Source: an uncultured bacterium
Lineage (GTDB): Bacteria; Macinerneyibacteriota; Macinerneyibacteria; Macinerneyibacteriales; DSCS01
NCBI GenBank assembly: GCA_964548195.1
Contig: CAZJQC010000013.1
Coordinates: 1 to 47,416, forward strand
Length of the DNA stretch: 47,416 nt
Direction: 5' to 3'
The notes below the pieces were generated by a model. It did no database searches, was not told where the DNA came from, and was given only the letters and a program-made list of their open reading frames with translations. Made by a program: the position numbers and the translations under genes. This document shows positions 18,112 to 27,834 of this stretch, in pieces (position 1 is the first letter of the stretch; each line of letters starts with the position of its first letter).

Positions 18112-18651
18112 TCATTTCCTTGTGAATGCGAAGACGGATGAATCGCGGTACTCTCCCTCTCCCGTCCTGACGCTGCTTTTTGCGACGCCCTCTTTGGCGA
18201 ATCCGTAGGAGAGGAGAAGTTTTTCCGATTTCTTGTCCGCGGGTGATATCTCGCAGCATATCCTGTTCATGTGTCTCTCCGTATAAAGATAATTGCTCAG
18301 AGCCTCAAAGGCTTCGCTCATAAGCCCCTTCTTCCTTGATCTGCCGTCCATGATAAAGGATATCCTGCATGAGCCGTTTCGCATGTCGAACCTGTCAGCG
18401 TAAAACACACCTATGATCATATTGTCGTTTTTCCCGGCCAGCCCCCAGCACAGGGCGCGGCCGTTTCTGAAACCGTTGTTCGCGCGCGCGATGAGATCCC
18501 TGGCTTCGGTGATGTCGCGCATCCTTATCTCGTCATAGTATCTGACATTTTCCGGCAGGCTGAATATCCTGAACACGTTTTCAAGGTCCGTAGGCCTGAT
18601 GTTTCTGAGCGTAAGGCGTTCGGTCTCTAAAACCGGGAATTCACAAACCAT
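18112..18651 (-). CDS. GNAT N-acetyltransferase, RimJ/RimL type
   Basis: FPVLETERLTLR, RKKGLMSEA, S.KLL..YGF.KEG. ATG 18651 follows GGAGG. Confidence 0.88.
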   Translation of the reverse strand: MVCEFPVLETERLTLRNIRPTDLENVFRIFSLPENVRYYDEIRMRDITEARDLIARANNGFRNGRALCWGLAGKNDNMIIGVFYADRFDMRNGSCRISFIMDGRSRKKGLMSEAFEALSNYLYTERHMNRICCEISPADKKSEKLLLSYGFAKEGVAKSSVRTGEGEYRDSSVFAFTRK

Positions 18652-18675
18652 TTTACCTCCGGGAGTTTTTACGTT

Positions 18676-18788
18676 AGTATAGTGTATGGGAAGGTATGAT
18701 ACAAGTAAAAACCCTTTTACGGCATGGCCCGCCTCCTGACGGGAGGCCGGGAAAAAGTAGTTGTAAACGGGATTTATGTATATATAAT
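18676..18788. promoter_or_regulatory. Divergent promoters (GNAT on minus, ctpA on plus)
   Basis: Minus: TTGTAT(18704-18699)-17nt-TATACT. Plus: TTGTAA(18761-18766)-16nt-TATAAT(18783-18788). Confidence 0.5.
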
Positions 18789-18812
18789 CCAAAACCCGAA
18801 TGGAGGTTTTAT

Positions 18813-20267
18813 ATGTTTAAAAAAGGACTGTTCACGCTGCTGATGCTGCTGCTGGTCTTTTTCTCGATAAATATGGTTTTTCCCGTAACGGATTTTTTCG
18901 GCGGGCTTTCCCTGCTTAACGACGTACACAGCCTGATCACGGACAAGTATGTGGACGAAGCCGTCCTGGACGATCAGGAGCTGTCTTACGCCGCGATAAA
19001 GGGGATGCTCTCCGGCCTGGACCGGCATACCGCGTTCTTCACCCCCGAAGAAAGCCGTGATTTCCTTACAGACATAGAGGGTTCTTTCGGCGGGCTGGGG
19101 ATAAGGATAGATAAAAAAGGCGAATACATAATAGTCGTCTCGCCGATAGAGGGGACGCCGGCCTACCGTATGGGGTTGAAGCCGGGAGACCGCATCGTCG
19201 AAGTGGACGGCAAGAGCGCTGTCGGCATGACCCTTGACGCCGTGATGGACCTGCTCAGAGGCGATGTCGGCACCAAGGTGGTCGTGGGCATATCAAGGGA
19301 CGGTTTTTCCGAAATACTGCCGTTTGAGATAATACGCGATAAGATCGAGATGCCCAGCATAACCTCCAGCTTTATCATAGGTGATTCCGTAGGCTATGTG
19401 CGGTTCACCCATTTTCAGGAAAATTCCTTTGAAGAGATGGTCCGTGTGCTGGGAGAACTTGACGCAGCCGGGATGAAGTCGCTGATACTCGACCTTCGCT
19501 ATAACCCGGGCGGCGTGCTTACCGTGGCCCACAAGATACTTGATCTTTTTATCGGCGACGGGGAAGTGCTCGTGTCTACAAAGGGCCGCGGCGGAAAACT
19601 GGTCGACAAGTTCGTATCCACCGCGCAGACGCCTTACAGGGACCTGCCGTTGGTGCTTCTCGTGGATGGGGGTTCCGCCTCGGCTTCGGAGATAATGGCC
19701 GGCGCGATAAAGGACCTTAAACGCGGATATCTCGTGGGGGAGAAGACTTATGGCAAGGGCTCCGTGCAGCGTATATTCTCGTTGGGAGACGGCTCCGCGC
19801 TGAAGGTGACGGTGGCTCATTATTACACCCCTTCGGGCATATGCGTTGACGGCACCGGCATTGAACCCGATTATCCGATCAAATCCGTCTTTTATTCGGC
19901 GCAGCTTGCGGATCTCGTGCGTCTTGGAGAGTTCTCCGGGTTTGTCTCCGCGCGTTCAGGCGAGTTTTCCGTGAAAGGCGGGCATGTCACGCCCGACCCG
20001 TTTGAGGCTTTTGTCAAATATCTTGAGGCCGAAGGGTACGATTTTGAGAAAAGCTTTTTTAAGGATGAACTTACCGGTGAGATACTGAAGAGCGAGGTTC
20101 CGCGCTGGAGAGAGCTGTTGCTCGAAAAACTAAGGCCGGACATCACCAAGCGCATAGAGTATGAGATACTGACGTCCACGGCCGGCGAAGAGGCCGCCAG
20201 AAAGTACTGGATCAAGGACGACCCCATGGTATTAAAATCACTTGAACTCCTGAAACAGGGGAAATGA
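18813..20267 (+). CDS. ctpA: Carboxyl-terminal processing protease (S41A, CtpA/Prc-like) with PDZ domain
   Basis: N-terminal hydrophobic anchor, FGGLGI, SPIEGTPA, DLRYNPGG, SASASEI.AGA (catalytic Ser), TYGKGSVQ (catalytic Lys). Confidence 0.93.
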   Translation: MFKKGLFTLLMLLLVFFSINMVFPVTDFFGGLSLLNDVHSLITDKYVDEAVLDDQELSYAAIKGMLSGLDRHTAFFTPEESRDFLTDIEGSFGGLGIRIDKKGEYIIVVSPIEGTPAYRMGLKPGDRIVEVDGKSAVGMTLDAVMDLLRGDVGTKVVVGISRDGFSEILPFEIIRDKIEMPSITSSFIIGDSVGYVRFTHFQENSFEEMVRVLGELDAAGMKSLILDLRYNPGGVLTVAHKILDLFIGDGEVLVSTKGRGGKLVDKFVSTAQTPYRDLPLVLLVDGGSASASEIMAGAIKDLKRGYLVGEKTYGKGSVQRIFSLGDGSALKVTVAHYYTPSGICVDGTGIEPDYPIKSVFYSAQLADLVRLGEFSGFVSARSGEFSVKGGHVTPDPFEAFVKYLEAEGYDFEKSFFKDELTGEILKSEVPRWRELLLEKLRPDITKRIEYEILTSTAGEEAARKYWIKDDPMVLKSLELLKQGK

Positions 20268-21268
20268 GCATGAAAATACTGGGTATAGAGACATCCTGCG
20301 ACGAGACTTCCGTGGCTATCGTGGAGGACGGCCGGCGTATTATATCCGATGTCGTGCATACCCAGAGCATACACGCAAAGTTCGGAGGCGTGGTCCCGGA
20401 GGTTGCCTCCCGCAACCATGTGGTCAAGATACACGAGATACTTGACGAGGCTTTGCGCGGTTCCGGCAACACGCTGGAGGATATGGACGCCTTTGCGGTG
20501 ACTTACGGGCCGGGTCTTGTGGGCGCACTGCTTATAGGGCTTAATACCGCCAAGTCGCTTGCCTACGCGGTGGGCAGGCCTCTCATACCGGTAAACCATG
20601 TCGAAGCGCATTTGTATGCCAATATACTGCATTATGGAAAGCCGGATCCCCCTTTCCTCGGCCTGATCGTATCCGGAGGGCACACCACACTCTTCCTTGT
20701 AAAGGGACATCATGATTACGCCGTGATCGGCAGGACAAGGGACGATGCGGTGGGCGAGGCTTATGACAAAGTCTCGAAGATGCTTGGATTGGGTTACCCG
20801 GGAGGGCCGGTGGTGGACAGCATGGCGGCCTCGGGTGATGAGGATGCGGTGCAGTTCAAGATCCCGGTCCCCAGAGACAGCTTTTACGATTTCAGTTTCA
20901 GCGGCCTGAAAACCGCTGTCAAAAACTATTATGCCAGCCATCCCGCGGCTCCCCGGGAGGACATATGCGCCTCTTTTCAAAAGACCGCCATAAAGGCGCT
21001 GACCATGCGTGTGGAAAAATACATGAGGGAACACGGGCCGCTGGACATCGCTGTGGCCGGGGGCGTCGCCGCGAATTCGAGGCTGCGCGCGGAGATCGCG
21101 GCGTTGGCTGAAAAGTTCGGGGTTGCGTCCTATATACCTCCGGTGCGCCTGTGCACCGACAATGCCGCCATGGTGGCTTCGCTGGGTTATTATCTCTTTC
21201 AAAAAGGCGATTACCTCTCTCCCGAAGAGTCATTGAAACTCAATGCCTTCAGTTCACTGCCCCTTTAA
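20264..21268 (+). CDS. tsaD: tRNA N6-threonylcarbamoyladenosine synthesis protein
   Basis: LGIETSCDET, GGVVPEVASR.H, GPGL.GAL, NHVEAH, VSGGHT, DDAVGEAYDK, SFSGLKT, GGVAAN, CTDNAAM. Confidence 0.97.
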   Translation: MSMKILGIETSCDETSVAIVEDGRRIISDVVHTQSIHAKFGGVVPEVASRNHVVKIHEILDEALRGSGNTLEDMDAFAVTYGPGLVGALLIGLNTAKSLAYAVGRPLIPVNHVEAHLYANILHYGKPDPPFLGLIVSGGHTTLFLVKGHHDYAVIGRTRDDAVGEAYDKVSKMLGLGYPGGPVVDSMAASGDEDAVQFKIPVPRDSFYDFSFSGLKTAVKNYYASHPAAPREDICASFQKTAIKALTMRVEKYMREHGPLDIAVAGGVAANSRLRAEIAALAEKFGVASYIPPVRLCTDNAAMVASLGYYLFQKGDYLSPEESLKLNAFSSLPL

Positions 21269-21419
21269 ACGGCGTTGGCTTAAAAGCTGTTTTATGCGAT
21301 ACCTGACGACTTTTACCAATTAAAGCCGCAATGCGCACAAATTATTATTTAAGTTGAGAAATCAGGGAATTGTGTTATTTTTATATAAGACAATATCATA
21401 TTTTTAAAGTTAAAGGAGA

Positions 21420-23636
21420 GTGATATCTCTGAGTGATTCGGAAAAGTCCGACGGCTTTATCAGATTTGACGCCACCGGCATAATCGCGGAGACTGTCGGA
21501 TTGGGCGCGGCCCATGAGGCTGCCGTGATCGGCGACAGTTTCTTTGACATCTGGGATTTTCCATCCCCTGATGAGCTGCGCAAGCAGGTTGCCGAACGGT
21601 CGGCGGTGGAACCCGCGGTCTTTCTAAGGCTTTCGCCCCGGGGCAGCAGCGATTCGGAGCTGTGGAAGGTCGTCTGCGAGTTTGACGCCCTCGGTGACAT
21701 GACCGGCTGCACCGCGTATGAGAACTCCGATTTGCAGAAGGAATTTTTTTCCGATTTTGCCGCCGGTTCTTCGGAAAAATATTTTGCGCTCTTTGACAAT
21801 ACCTTTGTCGGCATAGGCGTGATGAAGGACAATGTCTTCGTGGCCGCGAACAAGAGGCTGCTCAACATATTCGGATTTTATTCGCTGGATGACTTTGTGA
21901 CGAAATCATTATGGGACCATATACATCCTGAAAACAGGAAAGAGATACGGGACAAGATGATCTCCGCTTCGCTGGACGGAAAAAAAGAGTTTACCATAGA
22001 GGTGCCCGTCGTGAGAAAAGACGGCGAACACCGCGATCTTGAGCTGATGTTCGGCCACATACATGCGGCCGGTGAAAGCTACATACAGATCATAGCCCGC
22101 GACGTCACCCTGCATAAGCAGGCTTATAAGGCGCTGCACAGGTCCGAGGCTCTGTTCCGGGCCTTTGTTGAGACGACTCATTACCCTCTTTTCATCCTTG
22201 ACCGCGACGGACGCTATCTTTATGTCAGCGCGAACTGCGAGAAGATCACGGGTTATTCTCCCGGCGAGATCATAGGCCAGAGAAAATGGTTCACCACGGA
22301 TGACGGGCGTATAAAGCTGCAGAAGGCTTTCCAGCGATGCATTGACGACCGTATGGCGGTAAACGGGCTGCACATAATGTTTAAGGCAAAGAACTGCTCT
22401 TACATAAGCATGTTTGTCTCTTTTTCACCGGTATTCGAGCAGGACGGCACGATACGCGCGGTGCTCATGCAGACAGCCGATTCCGTCCAGTATGGTGAAC
22501 AGGGCTCGGAGCGTATGGAGATAATCGGCAGGATGGCCGGCAGGATGGCTCATGACTTCAACAATCTGCTGCAGATCATGATAGCGCATATCAACTTTAT
22601 ACAGTATTCGCTTGACGAGGAAAATCCCGTGCAGAAGAATGTCAATATCATATCCAAGGTCTGCGCACGGGCGACCACTCTGACCAGGCAGCTGCTTGCC
22701 TTCAGTAAAAAAAGGATACTGAAAAGGGAACATATAGACATGAACGCTTTGCTGGAGAGCAACAAGGAGATGTTTCGCCAGATCACCGGTGATAACGTCC
22801 TTTTCCGGCTTGATACGTCAGACAAGATCTCTCCGGTGTACGGCGATCCCGCTCAAATAGAGGAAGCCTTGTTTAATCTTGCCATAAACGCCCGTGAAGC
22901 GATGACGGGGCAGGGGCATCTCAATGTCGCCGCCGCGGACAGGCTGGTCAACGCGGAACATTGCGAACGTTATCCGCAGGCCCGTCCGGGATTGTATGTG
23001 ATGGTCGAGTTCGCCGATGACGGCGCGGGGATCGAAGCCGAAAATATCGGTCGCGTTTTCGAGCCGTTCTATTCCACGAAGAAAAACGGGGAAGGCATAG
23101 GAATGGGCCTCTCTGTGGTATACGGCGTGGCGACTCAGCACGGCGGATGGGTGGAGGTCGAAAGCGAGCGGGGAGTAGGGTCCTCGTTTCGCGTATATTT
23201 CCCTGTGAAACCGTCTGCCGTTTCCGCGGAACCGGCGGTCAGGGCCAGGACGGACAGGGATCTGACCGGGGTCAATGTCTTGTATGTGGAAGATGATGAG
23301 GACGTGCGTTGCATGACGGAAAGCGCCCTCAAAGAGCGGGGCTTGACGGTCTTTTCCGCCGAAAGCGCCGAAAAGGCGCTGGAGATATACGAGTCAGCCG
23401 GTGGAAAGGTGGACATCGTGTTCAGCGACGTGATACTGCCCGGCATGAGCGGTTTTGAGTTTTCGGAACTGATCAAGGGGCGGGATGAAAGAGTGGGCAT
23501 ACTGCTCTGCAGCGGCTATGCGGACGAGCGTTCACAAGGCGCGTTGATAGAAAAGAAGGGCTACGCCTTCCTTCAAAAACCATATGTGCTTATTGATATA
23601 TTAAACGCGTTCGGCGAGCTGATGTCCGGACAGTGA
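21420..23636 (+). CDS. Cytoplasmic hybrid sensor histidine kinase (PAS-PAS-HisKA-HATPase-REC)
   Basis: Two PAS/PAC segments (HIHPENR..RKDG; GRYLYVS..ITGY), H-box AHDFNNLL, N-box NLAINAREAM, G-boxes DDGAGI / FEPFYSTK / GMGLS, receiver VEDD..SDVILPGMSG..KP. No TM segment seen. Confidence 0.93.
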   Translation: MISLSDSEKSDGFIRFDATGIIAETVGLGAAHEAAVIGDSFFDIWDFPSPDELRKQVAERSAVEPAVFLRLSPRGSSDSELWKVVCEFDALGDMTGCTAYENSDLQKEFFSDFAAGSSEKYFALFDNTFVGIGVMKDNVFVAANKRLLNIFGFYSLDDFVTKSLWDHIHPENRKEIRDKMISASLDGKKEFTIEVPVVRKDGEHRDLELMFGHIHAAGESYIQIIARDVTLHKQAYKALHRSEALFRAFVETTHYPLFILDRDGRYLYVSANCEKITGYSPGEIIGQRKWFTTDDGRIKLQKAFQRCIDDRMAVNGLHIMFKAKNCSYISMFVSFSPVFEQDGTIRAVLMQTADSVQYGEQGSERMEIIGRMAGRMAHDFNNLLQIMIAHINFIQYSLDEENPVQKNVNIISKVCARATTLTRQLLAFSKKRILKREHIDMNALLESNKEMFRQITGDNVLFRLDTSDKISPVYGDPAQIEEALFNLAINAREAMTGQGHLNVAAADRLVNAEHCERYPQARPGLYVMVEFADDGAGIEAENIGRVFEPFYSTKKNGEGIGMGLSVVYGVATQHGGWVEVESERGVGSSFRVYFPVKPSAVSAEPAVRARTDRDLTGVNVLYVEDDEDVRCMTESALKERGLTVFSAESAEKALEIYESAGGKVDIVFSDVILPGMSGFEFSELIKGRDERVGILLCSGYADERSQGALIEKKGYAFLQKPYVLIDILNAFGELMSGQ

Positions 23637-23637
23637 C

Positions 23638-24354
23638 GTGAAAAAATACGCTTTCCTTTTCATAGATGCCGACGGCACGATACTTGATTTTAAAAAGGCC
23701 GAGCGTCATGCGCTGGAGCGCACCTTTCTTGAGATCAGGGGCGCGGGTCCGGAGGAGGCGTATTATGAGGCCTTTTCCCGCATAAACGAATCGCTGTGGC
23801 GTGATCTTGAAAATAGCAGGATAGACGTGCCCGGACTCAAATACATGCGCGCGGCTCTTTTTTTGCGCGAAACCGGATTGGACGGGGACCCGGCGCGATG
23901 GGCTTCTGTTTATGTGCGTTTTCTTTCCGGGGGTTCTTTCGCTTTGCCGGGCGCCAGGCAGGCGCTGGCTTTCTGCAGCGGGCGATACAGGACCGCTGTC
24001 ATAACCAACGGCATAAGCGAGGTGCAGAGACCCCGCATCCGGGGTTCTTTTATACCCGAATATGTCGGGGACGTGTTTATTTCGGAAGACGTCGGCTATA
24101 CAAAACCGCAAATACAGTTTTTTGAATATGTGATGAACGCCATGGGCGTCTCTTCCCCTGACGAAGTATTGATCATAGGTGACGGGCTTACTTCGGATAT
24201 ACTGGGAGGAAACCGCAGCGGCATAGACACGCTATGGATAGACGCGTCCGGCAGCGGGCCGGGGACTGCGGCCAGGCCGGACCATGTGGCGGGCAGTTTG
24301 TATGAGGCGGCCGTCATGCTCGGCATGAAGGATGACAAAGGGGGCGCGGTATGA
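23638..24354 (+). CDS. YjjG-family HAD nucleotidase
   Basis: FIDADGTILDF..AE, ITNG...Q..R, ISE.VG..KP, IGD.LTSDILGG. Confidence 0.88.
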   Translation: MKKYAFLFIDADGTILDFKKAERHALERTFLEIRGAGPEEAYYEAFSRINESLWRDLENSRIDVPGLKYMRAALFLRETGLDGDPARWASVYVRFLSGGSFALPGARQALAFCSGRYRTAVITNGISEVQRPRIRGSFIPEYVGDVFISEDVGYTKPQIQFFEYVMNAMGVSSPDEVLIIGDGLTSDILGGNRSGIDTLWIDASGSGPGTAARPDHVAGSLYEAAVMLGMKDDKGGAV

Positions 24355-24971
24355 AGATATTATTGACGGGATTCCAGCCCTTTGGAGGCGAACTGCAGAA
24401 TCCCTCGGCGGAGGCCGTCTCGCTTGTCCCGGACACCATTGCCGGCGCCGAGGTGGTCAAGGCGGTGCTTCCCGTCTCTTACGCCGCGGCGGAGACGATG
24501 TTAATAAGCCTGCTCGACACCATCCGTCCCGCGCTGGCGCTTTGCACCGGACAGGCCGGCGGGCGTCCCGTGCCGATGTTCGAGATGCTGGCTGTGAATA
24601 TCGACGAGTCGGAAAGTCCGGACAATGACGGCGCCGTAAGATGCGGCACTTCCGTAACGGACGGAGGCGTTCAGGCGTATTTTTCCAATCTGCCCGTACG
24701 GGCCATGACTGAGGGCGCGCATGCCGCAGGCCTGCCCTGCGCAGTTTCCTGGGATGCGGGGCGTTTTGTCTGCAACCATGTCTTTTACAGGCTCATGGAA
24801 TGGATAGAATCCGGCGGAAACGTGGCTGCGGGGGGTTTTCTCCATCTGCCGTACTCATGCGGGCAGGTGGCCGGGAAAAAGGCCGCTCCGTGCATGAACC
24901 TGAATGATATGGCTCTTGTCATCTCGGCCGCGCTTGAAACGGCGGCGGCCCGGATGACGGGAAGGGATTGA
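24351..24971 (+). CDS. pcp: Pyroglutamyl-peptidase I (C15)
   Basis: MKILLTGFQPFGG..NPS, GQAGGR, E..AVN, AGRFVCN (catalytic Cys), GFLHLP (catalytic His). Confidence 0.95.
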   Translation: MKILLTGFQPFGGELQNPSAEAVSLVPDTIAGAEVVKAVLPVSYAAAETMLISLLDTIRPALALCTGQAGGRPVPMFEMLAVNIDESESPDNDGAVRCGTSVTDGGVQAYFSNLPVRAMTEGAHAAGLPCAVSWDAGRFVCNHVFYRLMEWIESGGNVAAGGFLHLPYSCGQVAGKKAAPCMNLNDMALVISAALETAAARMTGRD

Positions 24972-24974
24972 CGT

Positions 24975-25835
24975 TTGGCCGGAGAGCGCGGGCGGCGCGG
25001 CGAATGGGCGCTGGCATTTTCAGCGCTGTTTTTCAGCCTTACCGCTTTGGCCGTCAAGTCGATGTCGCTCGCTTTTTCGGGCCCGGCGATCGCGTTCGCC
25101 CGTTTTACGGTCGAACTGCTGCTCTGCATACTGATAATAATCATGTCAAAAAAAGGGTTTGCCGTCAAAGAGCCCGGAGTATGGCTGCTCAGGGGTTTTT
25201 TCGGAGCAGGTTCCATGGTGCTTTATTTTGTGGCTATAAATGCGACATCCAGCGGCCGCGCCACGCTGCTGTTTAACACATATCCGGTCTTTGTCGCCCT
25301 CGCAGGGGCGATGTTTTTCCACAGGCGCATAGAGGCGAGGCATATACTGAGCCTTTTATTATGCGCCGCCGGGGTGGCCGGGGTATTTTATGACGGCAGC
25401 AGCTACCCGCTTTCCGGGGACGCGGCCGGCCTGTTGTCGGGTATGATGGCCGGGGTCGCCATACATTATGTGCAGAAAAGCAGGCGGCGGAACAGCACTC
25501 CCGTAGTCTACGGAAGCGCTGTGCTGTTTGGCCTCCTGTTCACGGCGCCGCAGGCCCTGACCGGCGTCTTTCCATGGAGAGAGTCGCTCATGCCGCTGGC
25601 CCTTATCGGCGTACTCTCCCTGGCGAGCCAGTTGTCCATGACATACGGGTTCAAGTATGTACACCCCACAACAGGCAGTATCATCGCATATTCCTCGCTT
25701 CCGCTGACGCTTTTTGCGAGCTATATCATGGGAGAGACGTTTAGCCCGCGCTTTTTCCTGGGCACCGCTTTTATCGTTGCGGGGCTGATTGTAAACTTAA
25801 GTAAAAATAAAAAGGGTAAAGATGAAACTTTTTGA
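24975..25835 (+). CDS. DMT/EamA-family transporter
   Basis: About 10 hydrophobic segments in two repeats; FARF, LLRG.FG, AT.LF.T.PVFVAL. Start codon uncertain. Confidence 0.88.
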   Translation: MAGERGRRGEWALAFSALFFSLTALAVKSMSLAFSGPAIAFARFTVELLLCILIIIMSKKGFAVKEPGVWLLRGFFGAGSMVLYFVAINATSSGRATLLFNTYPVFVALAGAMFFHRRIEARHILSLLLCAAGVAGVFYDGSSYPLSGDAAGLLSGMMAGVAIHYVQKSRRRNSTPVVYGSAVLFGLLFTAPQALTGVFPWRESLMPLALIGVLSLASQLSMTYGFKYVHPTTGSIIAYSSLPLTLFASYIMGETFSPRFFLGTAFIVAGLIVNLSKNKKGKDETF

Positions 25836-25850
25836 GATGCAGCGGTGTCA
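25823..25850 (+). promoter_or_regulatory. Candidate ECF-sigma promoter upstream of the ABC exporter
   Basis: TGAAACTTTT...TGTC with a 17-nt spacer; resembles SigW/SigM-type TGAAAC-N16/17-CGTC. Confidence 0.35.
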
Positions 25851-25903
25851 AATCTGATTATGTCTTTACACTCAATGGAATCAAGGATCTGAGAAGGAGC
25901 GCC

Positions 25904-25930
25904 ATGATTCGTTTTAACATTTCCAAATAG
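25904..25930 (+). other. Candidate leader peptide ORF (MIRFNISK)
   Basis: AAGGAG at 25894-25899, then ATG ATT CGT TTT AAC ATT TCC AAA TAG, then the palindrome GCCTCCGCGGAGGC and a T-rich tract. Confidence 0.4.
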
Positions 25931-25995
25931 TCAGATGTGCCTCCGCGGAGGCTATGCCGGTTAACAGATTTTATTTTATACTTACGGAGAAATTT

Positions 25996-27834
25996 ATGGA
26001 TAATTTATTTAAAAGCATATTCAGATTTATGAAAGGCAGCCGTCTGCAGTATTTCGGGGCGGTGATATCGGTCGGACTCGCGACGTTTTTAAGCCTTCTG
26101 ACGCCGTTGATCATAAAAGCGGCCATTGACGGTGTACTGGGCGGGGATACCTCTGACATACCTCCTGTCATAGGAGGACTGATGGAGTCAATAGCCGCTT
26201 CCGGGCAGGGCCGTTCCGCTTCTGTGCTGCTGCTTTTCGCGGCGGTGTATATGGGCGTCTCGCTGATGCGCGGCGTGTTCTTCTATTTAAAGGGGAAATG
26301 GTCCGCCATGGCCTCGGAGTCCCTGGCAAAAAGGATAAGGGACAGCATATACGGCCATATTCAGGAATTGCCTTATGATTATCATGTCACGGCGGAGACC
26401 GGAGACCTGATACAGAGGGCGACTTCCGATGTGGAGACCATACGCAAATTCCTCGCGGTGCAGTTTGTCGAGATCGGACGCGCGATGTTCATGCTGGGGT
26501 TTACCCTCTATTTCATGTTGTCACTGGATGTGATGATGACCATCTATTCGATGATAGTGGTCCCGGTGATCTTTGCCTTTTCCTATCTTTTCTTTACAAA
26601 GGTGAAAAAAGCCTTTCAAAAGTCGGATGAGGCCGAAGGGCGGCTTTCAAACGTCTTGCAGGAAAACCTGTCGGGCGTGAGAGTCGTCAGGGCTTTCGGG
26701 CGCCAGAAATATGAAAGCGATAAGTTTGAGAAAAAAAATGCGGAATACCGGGACCTCACCTACAGGCTGATAAAGCTGCTGGCATATTATTGGGGTTTTT
26801 CCGATCTGCTGTGTCTGTTGCAGATAGGGACGGTACTCTTTGTGGGAGGGCTGGCTGCAGTCCACGGGACTCTCAGCATAGGCACTCTCGTGGTGTTTGT
26901 GCTGTATGAGGGAAGGCTGCTCTGGCCCGTGAGGCAGATGGGCCGCATACTTACCGACATGGGCAAAACGGCCGTCTCTGTGAAGAGGATCATGGAAATA
27001 CTTGACGAGCCCGAGGAGAAAGACCCGGAGGGCGCCATAGAGCCCGAGATATCGGGCGGAATAGAGTTCCGCAACGTGCATTTCAGCTATGGCGAGGGCG
27101 TGCCCGTGCTGAGGGGGATAGACCTGAAAGTCGCCCCCGGGCAGACGGTGGCCATACTCGGAGCGACGGGCTGCGGCAAATCCTCCATGGTCCATCTGCT
27201 TTCCGGTTTGTACAGATGCACCGGGGGCAGCATACTTCTTGACGGCAATGACATCGACACGATAAAACGCAAGTGGCTCAGGAGCCATGTTGGACTGGTG
27301 CTTCAGGAGCCTTTTCTCTATTCCAGGACGATAAGGGAAAACATAGGGGTAGTCAAACCAGGCATCGCGGATGCTGATATATTCGAGGCTTCCAAAGACG
27401 CCGCCATACATCATGTCATACTCGATTTTGAGAACGGTTATGACACTGACGTGGGGGAAAAGGGCGTGACATTATCAGGGGGGCAGAAACAGCGGGTCGC
27501 CATCGCAAGAACGCTTACGAAGGATTATCCGGTGCTTATATTCGATGACTCCCTGAGCGCGGTGGATACCGAGACGGATGCGGCGATCAGAGAATCGCTT
27601 AAGCGGAGGAACAAGAGGGCCACCACGTTTATAATATCGCACAGGATAAACACACTGGCGGAAGCCGACCTGATCATAGTGGTTGAAAAGGGCAGGATAG
27701 TCCAGCAGGGCGATCACGCATCGCTTATGCGGGAAGAGGGTATGTACAGGCGCATAGCCGGTTTGCAGAACGAGATAGAACGGGACCTGGAGGCGGAGAT
27801 GTCCGTCAACAGGGCAGGAGTGGATCATGAGTAA
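25996..27834 (+). CDS. ABC exporter TMD-NBD half-transporter, degenerate Walker B subunit (TM287/BmrC-like)
   Basis: 6-TM domain, GATGCGKSS, LSGGQKQR, Walker B LIFDD (Asp for catalytic Glu). Start either 25996 (GGAG RBS) or 25954. Confidence 0.93.
   Translation: MDNLFKSIFRFMKGSRLQYFGAVISVGLATFLSLLTPLIIKAAIDGVLGGDTSDIPPVIGGLMESIAASGQGRSASVLLLFAAVYMGVSLMRGVFFYLKGKWSAMASESLAKRIRDSIYGHIQELPYDYHVTAETGDLIQRATSDVETIRKFLAVQFVEIGRAMFMLGFTLYFMLSLDVMMTIYSMIVVPVIFAFSYLFFTKVKKAFQKSDEAEGRLSNVLQENLSGVRVVRAFGRQKYESDKFEKKNAEYRDLTYRLIKLLAYYWGFSDLLCLLQIGTVLFVGGLAAVHGTLSIGTLVVFVLYEGRLLWPVRQMGRILTDMGKTAVSVKRIMEILDEPEEKDPEGAIEPEISGGIEFRNVHFSYGEGVPVLRGIDLKVAPGQTVAILGATGCGKSSMVHLLSGLYRCTGGSILLDGNDIDTIKRKWLRSHVGLVLQEPFLYSRTIRENIGVVKPGIADADIFEASKDAAIHHVILDFENGYDTDVGEKGVTLSGGQKQRVAIARTLTKDYPVLIFDDSLSAVDTETDAAIRESLKRRNKRATTFIISHRINTLAEADLIIVVEKGRIVQQGDHASLMREEGMYRRIAGLQNEIERDLEAEMSVNRAGVDHE

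Noticed and set aside
18728..18751. Hairpin CCCGCCTCC-TGACG-GGAGGCcGGG as a terminator
   Set aside because: It lies between divergent promoters and has no 3' U-tract on either strand; no function can be supported.
19892..21202. Long antisense ORFs (19892-21202; also 28442-29581, 43608-44708, 8129-9040, 5534-6343)
   Set aside because: They lie opposite well-supported genes and show no recognisable motifs; typical shadow ORFs from codon bias.
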